This document shows positions 1-8,227 of a stretch of DNA of 32,000 bases, one piece after another. Numbering within the stretch: position 1 is the first letter of the stretch; every line of letters begins with the position of its first letter. A model generated the notes under the pieces. The model saw only the letters and a program-made list of their open reading frames with translations. It was not told the DNA's origin and searched no databases. Origin of the DNA: Sinorhizobium meliloti (GTDB taxonomy: Bacteria; Pseudomonadota; Alphaproteobacteria; Rhizobiales; Rhizobiaceae); contig NZ_JAGIOS010000002.1 of assembly GCF_017876815.1 (NCBI RefSeq), positions 1,020,001 to 1,052,000 on the forward strand. The letters are read 5' to 3'. The translations under genes and the position numbers were made by a program.

Positions 1-268
1 CGATGACGACGGCATCCGCGCCGAAAAGCCTGTGCGCATGCTTGGAGACGAGTTCGTACGGGTCCGTGTAGAACACGAGGTCGCAGAAATCCGGCGCGGC
101 CAGATCGCGGTTGCTCGCATACCAGGGCACGTCCCGTTCCAGGAACGTCACCTTGTGCCCGGCAGCGTCGAGCGCGCGAAGCAAAGCACGATAGGTCGTC
201 GCATGACCGTTGCCCCACGAGGAGGACAGCGAGAGACCGAGAATGACGATGTCGAGCGGTCGCTTCAT
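1..268 (-). CDS. CgeB-like glycosyltransferase, paralogue 3; only the N-terminal 89 codons are present and the gene runs off the left window edge
   Basis: Absent from the ORF track because it is truncated. The reverse strand from ATG 268-266 reads MKRPLDIVILGLSLSSSWGNGHATTYRALLRALDAAGHKVTFLERDVPWY..., the same N-terminal pattern as the two upstream paralogues. GGAGG lies 7 nt upstream. There is an ATGA start/stop overlap with the 265..1350 gene. Confidence 0.6.
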   Translation of the reverse strand, partial: MKRPLDIVILGLSLSSSWGNGHATTYRALLRALDAAGHKVTFLERDVPWYASNRDLAAPDFCDLVFYTDPYELVSKHAHRLFGADAVVI

Positions 269-1350
269 TCGGCAGCCTCCATGCGGTGCGCCCGCCGCAA
301 GACGCGATCCACCTCCTCGGCACGATGCGCATAGGTATGCTCGGCGAGAACGCGGCGGAGCGCCCGCTCGCCGATCTCCCTGGCGCCGGCAGCCGTCAGC
401 TTCTGCATCAGTTCGGCGACGTCCCGGCCGTCTCTGGCGACCAGCACTTCTTCTCCGGGCTTCAGGAAGAGCTCGATGCCCTCCCAGTAGTCGGTGATCA
501 GGCAGGCGCCGGCGCCCGCGGCCTCGAAGACGCGGGTTGCCGGCGAGAAGCCGTTTTCGGCCATGCTGGCGCGTGAAATATTCAGGACGGCATTCGGCGT
601 CGTGTTGAAGGCATTGTGGTCGGCGGTCGGGACGTGTCCGATATAGGCGACATTCGGGGACAGAGACTTGTCGTGCCACCCGGATCCGCCGAGCAGGAAA
701 CGCCGCTGCCAGAGCTTTTGCGCCGGCTCGAGGAAGAAGGCCTCCACGCGCTCCTCCCGATCTGGCAGGCGGTTGCCGAGGAAGGCGAGATCGGCGACAA
801 AGCGCGGATCCGGCGGCACCGGATGGTGCGTCTCGGGATCGACGGCATTGTAGATCGGAACGCATTCGCGGGCACCGAGCACGCGATAGGCGTCGACCAC
901 GGGATCGCCGCCGCCATAGGTCAGCACAAGATCCAGGGAGGAAAGCGCGCGGCGAAGCGGGTGGTCGGGTGCGGCCTTGAGCTCGGCCAGAGTGGCTGGT
1001 GCATCGACATCCCAGAAGATTTTCAGCGCCGCCGAGTCTGCCGCGGCCATCACCTCGGCAAGCAGCAGCTCGTCCTCGAAGCCGACGCCGCTCGCCTTGA
1101 CGACGATCTCCGCCTTGGCTGCTTCCTGCGCCACTCGCTTCAACGCCTCGACGGTCCCGTCATAGACGACGACCCTGCACCAGGAGGGCGGGTCGATATC
1201 GCGGTGCTTCTGCCGATCGTAGACATCAGGCTCGTAGAAGGTGATCTGATAACCCCGTTCGGCAAGCGCACGGAGCAGGCCGCGATAATAGGTGGCCGCG
1301 CCGTTCCAGTAGGCCGAAACGAGACTCGATCCGTAAAATGCCAGTCTCAT
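265..1350 (-). CDS. CgeB-family (GT1-fold, DUF3880-like N-terminus) glycosyltransferase, paralogue 2, 361 aa
   Basis: The real start is the internal ATG at 1350 (MRLAFYGSSLVSAYWNGAATYYRGLLRALAERGY...). It is preceded by GGAGGAGG and overlaps the upstream stop as ATGA. The C-terminal half (FLLGGSGW...NISRASMAENGFSPATRVFEAAGAGACLITD) is typical of CgeB-like group-1 glycosyltransferases. The 70-codon upstream extension in the ORF track is Arg/Gly-rich junk. Confidence 0.8.
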   Translation of the reverse strand: MRLAFYGSSLVSAYWNGAATYYRGLLRALAERGYQITFYEPDVYDRQKHRDIDPPSWCRVVVYDGTVEALKRVAQEAAKAEIVVKASGVGFEDELLLAEVMAAADSAALKIFWDVDAPATLAELKAAPDHPLRRALSSLDLVLTYGGGDPVVDAYRVLGARECVPIYNAVDPETHHPVPPDPRFVADLAFLGNRLPDREERVEAFFLEPAQKLWQRRFLLGGSGWHDKSLSPNVAYIGHVPTADHNAFNTTPNAVLNISRASMAENGFSPATRVFEAAGAGACLITDYWEGIELFLKPGEEVLVARDGRDVAELMQKLTAAGAREIGERALRRVLAEHTYAHRAEEVDRVLRRAHRMEAAE

Positions 1351-2477
1351 ACCTCGACCTCCTCCGAAATGATCTGTCGCGCGCCGGAGCGCGGCCTGTA
1401 GGAGGCCACGATGGCGAGCAGCTCGTCGACGCGATGGCTGCATGTGTGGCGCGCCCGGACCGTCTCCAATCCGCAGGCGGTCATCTCCGCGGCGAAGTCC
1501 GGTTCGGCGAGCAGCTGGCGCAGAAGGCGCGTCATCTCCTTGCCGTCCTTGGCAAGGCAAAAATCCTTGCCCGGCCGGAAAAGCCCTTCAGCATCGGTCC
1601 ATGGCGCCGAAATCAGCGGAATGCCGCAGGCAAGCGCCTCGAAGACGCGGATTGTCGGTATTCCCGGCAGAGCCTCGACATAGGGCCGGCGCGGAATGTG
1701 CACGGTGACCCGATGCTCGGCGAAAGCCCGCGGAACGGCGGCATTGGCGAGCCAGCCGCCATAGTCGATTTTTGCGGAGCGCAAGGCCCTGAGCGCGGCC
1801 TTGGGATATCGCACGCCGCGGACGGTCGTCCTGAGCTTCAGCTTTTTCGCCGGTTCGACCAGAAAGGACATGATCTCGCTGCTGCGCTCGTCGTCGCCCC
1901 AATTGCCGATCCAGATGAGCTCGCCCCGCTTCTCCACTTCCGGCATCGGGTGGAACAGCGAGGTATCCGCAGCCTCGTGCCAGGTATGGACATGCCTTCC
2001 CCAGCCCGCCTGCAGATAGCGCTCCCGCAGCGCCTCACCGAAGGCCAGAACGAAGTCGTAACCGGAAAGGTCGAGCCGGGCGATGTCCCGCTCGGCGCTG
2101 ACGGCGCGGTGATGGGTATCGTGGAAAGCGAGCGTGAAGCGGCCGCCTTTCAGGCGAATGCGGCCGAGCTCGGCGACGAGGGCGGGATCGGTCCACTCAT
2201 GCACGATGACCATGTCGGCCTCGCAGGCCGCCGCTTCATGCTCGAAATCGGTTCCGTAGATCCCGACCCGCAAATCCGGGAAGGCCTTGCGGAAGGCCGC
2301 GATCGCTCCGTTACCCTGATCTACGATGAGATTGCGCCGGCTCCAGGAATCGCCGGGCTCGAGCGCTACGGCCTCGTGGCCGCGCCGGATGAGTTCGCGC
2401 ATGATGCCGCGCAGAAAATGCGCATTGCCGTGGTTCCAGTCGGACACCAATGAGTGGGTGTAGAAGAGAAATCGCAT
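1347..2477 (-). CDS. CgeB-family glycosyltransferase, paralogue 1, 376 aa
   Basis: ATG at 2477 (MRFLFYTHSLVSDWNHGNAHFLRGIMRELIRRGH...), with GGAG 9 nt upstream and a 4-nt gap after the upstream stop. It is colinear in sequence with the 265..1350 product (IWIGNWGDDERS / VHIPRRPYVEALPGIPTIRVFEALACGIPLISAPW). Confidence 0.8.
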   Translation of the reverse strand: MRFLFYTHSLVSDWNHGNAHFLRGIMRELIRRGHEAVALEPGDSWSRRNLIVDQGNGAIAAFRKAFPDLRVGIYGTDFEHEAAACEADMVIVHEWTDPALVAELGRIRLKGGRFTLAFHDTHHRAVSAERDIARLDLSGYDFVLAFGEALRERYLQAGWGRHVHTWHEAADTSLFHPMPEVEKRGELIWIGNWGDDERSSEIMSFLVEPAKKLKLRTTVRGVRYPKAALRALRSAKIDYGGWLANAAVPRAFAEHRVTVHIPRRPYVEALPGIPTIRVFEALACGIPLISAPWTDAEGLFRPGKDFCLAKDGKEMTRLLRQLLAEPDFAAEMTACGLETVRARHTCSHRVDELLAIVASYRPRSGARQIISEEVEV

Positions 2478-2481
2478 CCGC

Positions 2482-3633
2482 TCACTCCGCTGCCGTCAAT
2501 CGATCGGACCCGCTCATCACGCGCCGGTAGGCGGCGAGCACCGCGTCGCGCTGGGCCTCGACGGTGAAATCGGCCGAGCGCAGCCGCGCCCGCCGGCCAA
2601 GGTCGGCCCTGAGCTTTGCATCCTCCGTCAGCCGGTTGACGGCTTCGGCAAAGGCGGCGGGATCGCCGGGGTCGGCGAAAAGGGCGGCACCCTGCCAGAG
2701 CTCGCGATAAGTTTCGATGTCGGCGAGAACCAGTGCAGCGCCTGCGCGCGCCGCCTCCAGCGCCACCAGGCCGAAGGGTTCGTAGACCGATGGAGAGACG
2801 ACGATAGCGGCCCTCGACATCAGCGTCATCGTCCGGTCGTGGCTGAGCTCGCCTTCGTGATCGGCATGCATGATCGCCAGGTGCTGCCCGTTCGGCCCTT
2901 CGCAGGCACCGGCCATCACGACCGGCCAGTCTATGTCGGCGGCCGCCCTGTCGAGCACGGCGCCATTCTTGCCTTCGTCCCACCAGCGACCGGCCGCAAA
3001 AACGAAGTTTTCCCTGGCGCTGACGAAGCATGCATTCCGGCTCGCATTATAGACGACTGCGAGATCGTGGATTTCACCGTAAGTACGCGTCAGGGCCGCG
3101 GCATGGCTTCGGCTCGGCGCGAGCACCAGGTCGGCGCGGTCGAATCCCAGCCGGTTCAATCGCTTCTGCCAGCGCCAGGCTTCCGGCAGACCGGACCCGC
3201 GCACCGCAGCGAACCAGGTGGCGACGCAGGAATGCGAGACGGTGACGACGGGGACCTCCGCCGTTATTCGCGCGGCTTGGGACGGCAGGTTGAGATGGAG
3301 GAGATCGACGGAATGCCTGAGCGCAAGTTCGGACAGGAGCTGCGGCACGCGGTCGAGCTCGCTCTCGTCTTCGACCATCCAGTCGAGCGGTGTCGAGAGC
3401 CATTCGAGCCGGCCGATGCTCTTCGCCTCGCGCCGTTGCTCCGCGGAAGGTTGAGGGCCGAGGCCGACGATCAGCGTCTCCACGCCGGAACCCCGCATGG
3501 CGGCAGCGAGATCCATAGCATAGCGCCAGACGCCGCCCACGGCATCGACCGTCATCAATACCCGCCGCGGCAGTGGGCCGGAGACGTTGTGACGGTCGTC
3601 AAATCCAGCGGCGGAAAAGGGGGGAAGGCTCAC
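2482..3633 (-). CDS. GT4-family (GT-B, retaining-type) glycosyltransferase
   Basis: RVLMTVDAVGGVWRY forms the first beta strand and glycine loop. The E-x7-E motif EPFGLVALEA lies near the C-terminus. I take the GTG at 3633, which forms a GTGA overlap with the upstream stop; an alternative ATG at 3555 would clip the first strand. The 692-aa ORF in the track is an artefactual extension. Confidence 0.75.
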   Translation of the reverse strand: MSLPPFSAAGFDDRHNVSGPLPRRVLMTVDAVGGVWRYAMDLAAAMRGSGVETLIVGLGPQPSAEQRREAKSIGRLEWLSTPLDWMVEDESELDRVPQLLSELALRHSVDLLHLNLPSQAARITAEVPVVTVSHSCVATWFAAVRGSGLPEAWRWQKRLNRLGFDRADLVLAPSRSHAAALTRTYGEIHDLAVVYNASRNACFVSARENFVFAAGRWWDEGKNGAVLDRAAADIDWPVVMAGACEGPNGQHLAIMHADHEGELSHDRTMTLMSRAAIVVSPSVYEPFGLVALEAARAGAALVLADIETYRELWQGAALFADPGDPAAFAEAVNRLTEDAKLRADLGRRARLRSADFTVEAQRDAVLAAYRRVMSGSDRLTAAE

Positions 3634-4751
3634 GCGGTGACCCTCCGCGGTTGGCGCCGGATCCCGCTGACCGCGCCCCGATCGTCGTGAAGCCAGGCGT
3701 AGAGGTCGCGCAAGCCCTCGCGCCAGGGCATCCCGGCCTTCCAGCCGAGCGCATCGGCGATCGCGCGCGTATCGGCGACGAAGTACAATTGGTCGCCGGC
3801 GCGCCAATCGCTTTTTGCCGTCGCGAGCTTGCGGCCGGTCAAAAGCTCGATCTCGTTCAGCACGTCGACAATGCTGACGGCATTGCCGGGTCCGCCTCCA
3901 AGATTGAAAGCGCGCCCCTTCAGGCGGTCGATCGAGTTCAGGAGCGCCCTGTAGGCCGCGACCGCATCGGTGACATGAAGAATGTCGCGGACCTGCTTGC
4001 CGTCGCCATAGATCGAAATCGGCTCGCCGGCGAGCGCGCGAATGAGGAAATGGGCGACCCAGCCCTGGTCCTCGGTGCCGAACTGCCTCGGCCCATAGAC
4101 GCAGCTCATCCTGAGCACGGCGGTCGGCAAGCCAAAGGAGCGGGCATAATCTAGCACATACTGGTCGGCGACGCCCTTCGAGCAGCCGTAGGGTGTACAG
4201 AAATCGAGCGGTTGGGTCTCGCTGACGCCATGCTCGCGCGTCGCTTCGTCGGCCGGCATGTAGCGGCCCCGCATGTCCTGCATCTCGATGTGCCCGAGCG
4301 CGCCATAGACCTTGTTTGTGCTGGCGAAGATGACTGGCGCGCGGCGCCCGGCCAGGCGTGCGGCTTCGAGCACGTTGAGCGTGCCGCGGGCATTCGTCTC
4401 GAAATCGTCCGTCGGCCGCTCGAGGCTGGTGGTTACCGCCGTCTGGGCCGCAAAATGAAACACGGCCTTGGCGTCTCTGAAGGCAGCTTCGATCGCGCCG
4501 AGGTCGCGGATATCGGCGATCAAGGCCTCGACGGCGCGGCCGTGGCCGTCCACCAGCCATTCGAGGTTTCGCTCGACGCCGGGACGGCTGAGATTGTCGA
4601 GAACGATCACGTGCTCGCCGTCGCGCAGAAAGCTGTCGGCGAGATTGCAGCCGAGAAAGCCGCTGCCGCCTACAACCAGGATCGGCGCCGCCTTGCCGGA
4701 AAGAGCGGGCGCCGCCAGATGCCGGTCCGTGCCGACGGTCCGGCCGCTCAT
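3630..4751 (-). CDS. Extended-SDR NAD-dependent nucleotide-sugar epimerase (CDP-paratose/tyvelose 2-epimerase-like), 373 aa
   Basis: ATG at 4751 overlaps the upstream stop (ATGA). It has the Rossmann motif ILVVGGSGFLGCNL, the catalytic YGCSKG (YxxxK) and FGTEDQGWVAHF, which is characteristic of the paratose-epimerase-like clade. Confidence 0.8.
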   Translation of the reverse strand: MSGRTVGTDRHLAAPALSGKAAPILVVGGSGFLGCNLADSFLRDGEHVIVLDNLSRPGVERNLEWLVDGHGRAVEALIADIRDLGAIEAAFRDAKAVFHFAAQTAVTTSLERPTDDFETNARGTLNVLEAARLAGRRAPVIFASTNKVYGALGHIEMQDMRGRYMPADEATREHGVSETQPLDFCTPYGCSKGVADQYVLDYARSFGLPTAVLRMSCVYGPRQFGTEDQGWVAHFLIRALAGEPISIYGDGKQVRDILHVTDAVAAYRALLNSIDRLKGRAFNLGGGPGNAVSIVDVLNEIELLTGRKLATAKSDWRAGDQLYFVADTRAIADALGWKAGMPWREGLRDLYAWLHDDRGAVSGIRRQPRRVTA

Positions 4752-5854
4752 AGGACCAGCCCCCGTGCTTCCAGATGGCGTTTCATCTCGGCACCGCGGT
4801 CGATCGCGCCGGCGCTCCGGACCCATTGGGCGAAATCCGCAAGCGAATCCTCGAGCCGGTGGGCCGGTTCGAAGCCGAGAAGGTCGCGTGCCTTGGCGAT
4901 ATCGGCGAAGCAATTGCGGATGTCGCCGGAGCGGGCCTTGTTGATGATCTCCGGCTCGATATCGGGGACACCCATCGCTTCGGCAAGCAGCGAGGCGATG
5001 TCCGCAATGGCGTAGGCGTTGCCGCTGCCTATATTGATGACGTGGCCGGCGGCGTGCGGCTGTTCGAGCGCCAGCCGGAAGGCACGCGCCACGTCGCGGA
5101 CATGCACGAAGTCGCGTTTCTGGCGGCCGTCCTCGAAGACCATCGGCGATTGCCCGTTGGCAAGCCGGGAAGCGAAGTTGGCAAGCACGCCGGTATAGGG
5201 GTTGGAAAGTGCCTGGCCGGCGCCGTAGACGTTGAATAGCCGCAGCGCCACCGCGTCCGTGCCATAGGCTTCCCCGAATATAAGGACCTGACGCTCCTGC
5301 GCATATTTGGTGAGCGCGTAGATCGAAGCGAGATCGACGGGCTTATTCTCGTCGGTGGCGATCGGCCTCAGGCGTTCGCCGTCAGGACCGGACGGGTTCC
5401 AGGCGCCGGCTTTGATCTCGGCGGGGGATCGCCGGATATGCGCACGGCGCTCGCCTGCCGTAGTCTCGTACAAGCCCTCGCCGTAAACGCTCATGGAAGA
5501 GGCGACGACGATCCGCCGGATCGGCATGCCGATCATCGCCTCGAGAAGGACGGCGGTGCCCAGGTCGTTCACGCCGACATAGCGGGAAATCTCATACATC
5601 GACTGGCCGACGCCGACTTCCGCGGCGAGATGAATGACGTGATCGACGTCCTTCAGCGCGCTTTTCACCGCGTCTGCGTCGCATATGTCGGCGCGCCGCA
5701 TGTCTACTTCCGGTGGCAGCGTGACCTGCGCATCCGCATGGACCTGATCGTTCAACGCATCGAGGACGCGCAGGTCGTAGTTCCTTGAAAGAAGCTCTTC
5801 GACAACATGCCGCCCTATGAAGCCGCAGCCGCCGGTAACAAGTACTTTTGTCAT
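4748..5854 (-). CDS. Extended-SDR NAD-dependent epimerase/dehydratase (UDP-hexose 4-epimerase-like with a ~40-aa insertion), 368 aa
   Basis: ATG at 5854 (MTKVLVTGGCGFIGRHV...); the track start at 5875 is a TTG. It has the catalytic YALTKY and is the first gene of the six-gene minus-strand operon. Confidence 0.85.
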   Translation of the reverse strand: MTKVLVTGGCGFIGRHVVEELLSRNYDLRVLDALNDQVHADAQVTLPPEVDMRRADICDADAVKSALKDVDHVIHLAAEVGVGQSMYEISRYVGVNDLGTAVLLEAMIGMPIRRIVVASSMSVYGEGLYETTAGERRAHIRRSPAEIKAGAWNPSGPDGERLRPIATDENKPVDLASIYALTKYAQERQVLIFGEAYGTDAVALRLFNVYGAGQALSNPYTGVLANFASRLANGQSPMVFEDGRQKRDFVHVRDVARAFRLALEQPHAAGHVINIGSGNAYAIADIASLLAEAMGVPDIEPEIINKARSGDIRNCFADIAKARDLLGFEPAHRLEDSLADFAQWVRSAGAIDRGAEMKRHLEARGLVL

Positions 5855-5897
5855 AATGCACCTGATGATGACCAATCAGAGATAGAGACAAACCTCC

Positions 5898-5922
5898 AAC
5901 AAACCTGCGTCGCAAATGTTCC
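5898..5922 (-). promoter_or_regulatory. EcfG/RpoE2-type ECF sigma promoter candidate for the SDR-GT operon
   Basis: The minus strand reads GGAAC-ATTTGCGACGCAGGTTT-GTT and ends 43 nt before ATG 5854. The -35 element is embedded in the 14-mer AAAGAAGAAGGAAC, which is shared with the ino1 promoter. Confidence 0.45.
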
Positions 5923-5961
5923 TTCTTCTTTGACTTCTTCTTCTTTGATGTTCTTCTTTGA
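5923..5961. repeat. Three tandem direct copies of TTCTTCTTTGA (minus-strand TCAAAGAAGAA), spaced 15 and 13 bp apart
   Basis: Exact 11-mers lie at 5923-5933, 5938-5948 and 5951-5961 in the AT-rich divergent intergenic region. They sit immediately upstream of the minus-strand -35 element. Confidence 0.75.
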
Positions 5962-6038
5962 TCCCCCGCGGGGCGTCGCCCGTGCCAAGGTACAAACCTC
6001 TCTTTCGCGGGAGTGTTCCACGCGAACTGCGGGCATCA

Positions 6039-6063
6039 GGAACAAAAGCTGCAACATCAAGTT
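6039..6063 (+). promoter_or_regulatory. EcfG/RpoE2-type ECF sigma promoter candidate for the dehydrogenase/oxidoreductase operon
   Basis: GGAAC-AAAAGCTGCAACATCAA-GTT on the plus strand, 124 nt upstream of ATG 6188. Confidence 0.45.
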
Positions 6064-6187
6064 AAGGGCGGAAGGCTCTTGAACATTGCTCAGAGCTTTC
6101 TTTGGCCGGGGCAGGGGCGGGTCCGGCGGACCTCGCGACACCCTTTTCGGGCTGCCGGACAGGTCTCCACCGAGGGAAGGAGCTGAC

Positions 6188-7180
6188 ATGAACATCAGCA
6201 TATCTCAGCGGACGGACACGATGTCCGCCGCTATCGTCACCGGGCCGGGTACCGTGCGCATAGAGACGTTGCCGTTGCCGCAACCGGGTCGCGGCCAGGT
6301 GCGGATAAGGCTCGAAGGCTGCGGCGTATGCGCCTCCAATCTAGTTCCCTGGGCGGGTCCGGAATGGATGCAGTTTCCGACGGAACCCGGCGCGCTCGGA
6401 CACGAGGGCTGGGGAATTATCGACGCGGTCGGCGAGGACGTGCACGGTTTCGCGCCGGGCGATCGCGTGGCGGCGCTTTCCTACCATGCCTATGCCACGC
6501 ACGATATCGCCGATCAGAGCGCGATCGCGCCCTTGCCGGCGTCTCTTGCAGGTCAGCCCTTTCCCGGCGAACCGCTCGGCTGTGCCTTCAACATCTTCCG
6601 GCGCAGCGCGATCAGTCCGGGAGAGACCGTGGCGATCGTCGGCATCGGTTTTCTCGGGATTCTTCTGACCGAGCTCGCAAGCGCTGCCGGCGCGCGGGTG
6701 ATAGCGATATCGCGCAGGCCGTCTTCGCTCGCCGCGGCCAAGCAGGCCGGCGCGAGCCAAGTGATTCCCATGGACGATCACTGGCGGATCATCGAAGAGG
6801 TGAAGCAACTGACCGGCGGGCGCTTCTGCGATTGCGTCATCGAGGCGGTCGGCAAGCAATGGCCGCTCGATCTTGCCGGCGAACTGACGAAGGAGCGCGG
6901 CAGGCTCGTCGTCGCAGGATATCACCAGGATGGCCCGCGGCAGGTGAACATGCAGCTCTGGAACTGGCGCGGCCTCGACGTGATCAACGCGCATGAACGC
7001 GATCCTGCCGTCTACATGCGCGGCATGAACGAGGCGATCGAAGCGACCGCAGCGGGTCGGTTCTCTCCCTCGCGGCTCTACACCCATCGGTTCCCGCTCG
7101 AAGAACTCGGCGCCGCGCTCGACATTACGCGCGACCGGCCGGAAGGTTTCATCAAAGCGCTGGTGATCTGCCATGAGTGA
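6188..7180 (+). CDS. Zinc-type medium-chain (MDR) alcohol/polyol dehydrogenase, 330 aa
   Basis: ATG 6188 is preceded by GGAAGGAG. It has the motifs EGCGVCASN and GHEGWGIIDAVGEDV, plus the Rossmann motif VAIVGIGFLGILL. Confidence 0.85.
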   Translation: MNISISQRTDTMSAAIVTGPGTVRIETLPLPQPGRGQVRIRLEGCGVCASNLVPWAGPEWMQFPTEPGALGHEGWGIIDAVGEDVHGFAPGDRVAALSYHAYATHDIADQSAIAPLPASLAGQPFPGEPLGCAFNIFRRSAISPGETVAIVGIGFLGILLTELASAAGARVIAISRRPSSLAAAKQAGASQVIPMDDHWRIIEEVKQLTGGRFCDCVIEAVGKQWPLDLAGELTKERGRLVVAGYHQDGPRQVNMQLWNWRGLDVINAHERDPAVYMRGMNEAIEATAAGRFSPSRLYTHRFPLEELGAALDITRDRPEGFIKALVICHE

Positions 7181-8198
7181 CGCAATACAGCTTTCAACGA
7201 GCCCGAAGGCCATCATCCGCCCCCGCGTCGGCTTTCTCGGCGTTGGAAGAATCGGCTTCCACCGGATGAAGGCGGTGGTCGAAACCGGATCCGTCGAAAC
7301 CGTCGCGATCTTCGATCCTTCGCCGGAAATGGCGGCGGCGGCCCGCGAGTTGACCCCCGAGGCTTCCGTCGTGAACTCACTCGAGGCACTGCTCGACCAC
7401 GAGCTCGACGGCATCGTGATCGCCTCGCCGAGCGCGCTCCACGCCGCCCAATCGATCGTGGCTCTGGAGCAGGGCGTGGCGGTTTTTTGCCAAAAACCGC
7501 TCGGCCGCACGCGCGACGAGACCGCGGCGGTGGTCGAAACCGCCCGGCATGTCGACAGGCTTTTGAGCGTCGATCTCTCCTATCGCTACACCGACGGCAT
7601 GCGGCAGATCCGCGACCTGATCGCGTCGGGCGAACTCGGCACCGTGTTCGCGGTGGACCTCACCTTTCACAACGCCTACGGGCCGAGCAAGCCGTGGTTC
7701 TACGACAAGGCGCTTTCCGGCGGCGGCTGCGTCATAGATCTCGGCGTGCACCTGGTCGACCTCCTCCTATGGGTCCTCGGGTTCCCGGACGTCGCTCGGG
7801 TGGAAAGCAGGCTCTTCGCCAAAGGTCTGCCCATCCGCCGCGACGGCGACGAGGTCGAGGATTACGCGGTCGCTACAGTCGAACTGGCCAACGGCGTTCT
7901 CGCCCGGATCGCATGCTCATGGCATCTGCAGGCCGGATGCGATGCGGTGATCAGCGCCGACTTCTACGGCACCGAAGGCGGCGCCAGCCTTAGAAACGTC
8001 AACGGATCGTATCTGGACTTCACGGCCGAACGCTATCGCGGCACGCAAGGCGAGGTGCTTGCGGTTCCCCCCGACGCCTGGGGTGGACGCGCGGCGGCCG
8101 GCTGGGCCGAGAGGCTGGCCGCAGGCGAGCGCTTCGATCCCGACAACGAGTATCTGGTCACGGTGGCGGATGTGCTGGACAGGATTTATGGGCGGTAG
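7173..8198 (+). CDS. Gfo/Idh/MocA-family NAD(P)-dependent oxidoreductase, 341 aa
   Basis: It has VGFLGVGRIGFHRM (Rossmann) and FCQKPL (an EKP-motif variant). It overlaps the upstream gene by 8 nt (ATGAGTGA). Confidence 0.88.
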   Translation: MSDAIQLSTSPKAIIRPRVGFLGVGRIGFHRMKAVVETGSVETVAIFDPSPEMAAAARELTPEASVVNSLEALLDHELDGIVIASPSALHAAQSIVALEQGVAVFCQKPLGRTRDETAAVVETARHVDRLLSVDLSYRYTDGMRQIRDLIASGELGTVFAVDLTFHNAYGPSKPWFYDKALSGGGCVIDLGVHLVDLLLWVLGFPDVARVESRLFAKGLPIRRDGDEVEDYAVATVELANGVLARIACSWHLQAGCDAVISADFYGTEGGASLRNVNGSYLDFTAERYRGTQGEVLAVPPDAWGGRAAAGWAERLAAGERFDPDNEYLVTVADVLDRIYGR

Positions 8199-8227
8199 GG
8201 TGGCGTGCGGTCCGCTGCGACTCCATC

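Noticed and set aside
2482-4560. Very long N-terminal extensions in the ORF track: 692 aa here, plus 3630..4913, 265..1560, 11545..12861, 15648..16802, 16193..18019, 16331..17965 and 26528..28582
   Set aside because: The extensions overlap neighbouring real genes in other frames and are low-complexity Arg/Pro-rich. Internal starts with SD sequences or 4-nt start/stop overlaps give proteins that begin at the expected family N-termini.
6100-6130. G-rich tract GGCCGGGGCAGGGGCGGGTCCGGCGG in the 5' leader of the dehydrogenase operon, considered as a possible G-quadruplex
   Set aside because: It has only three runs of three or more G, so it does not satisfy a canonical four-run G4 motif. This is ordinary for the GC content.
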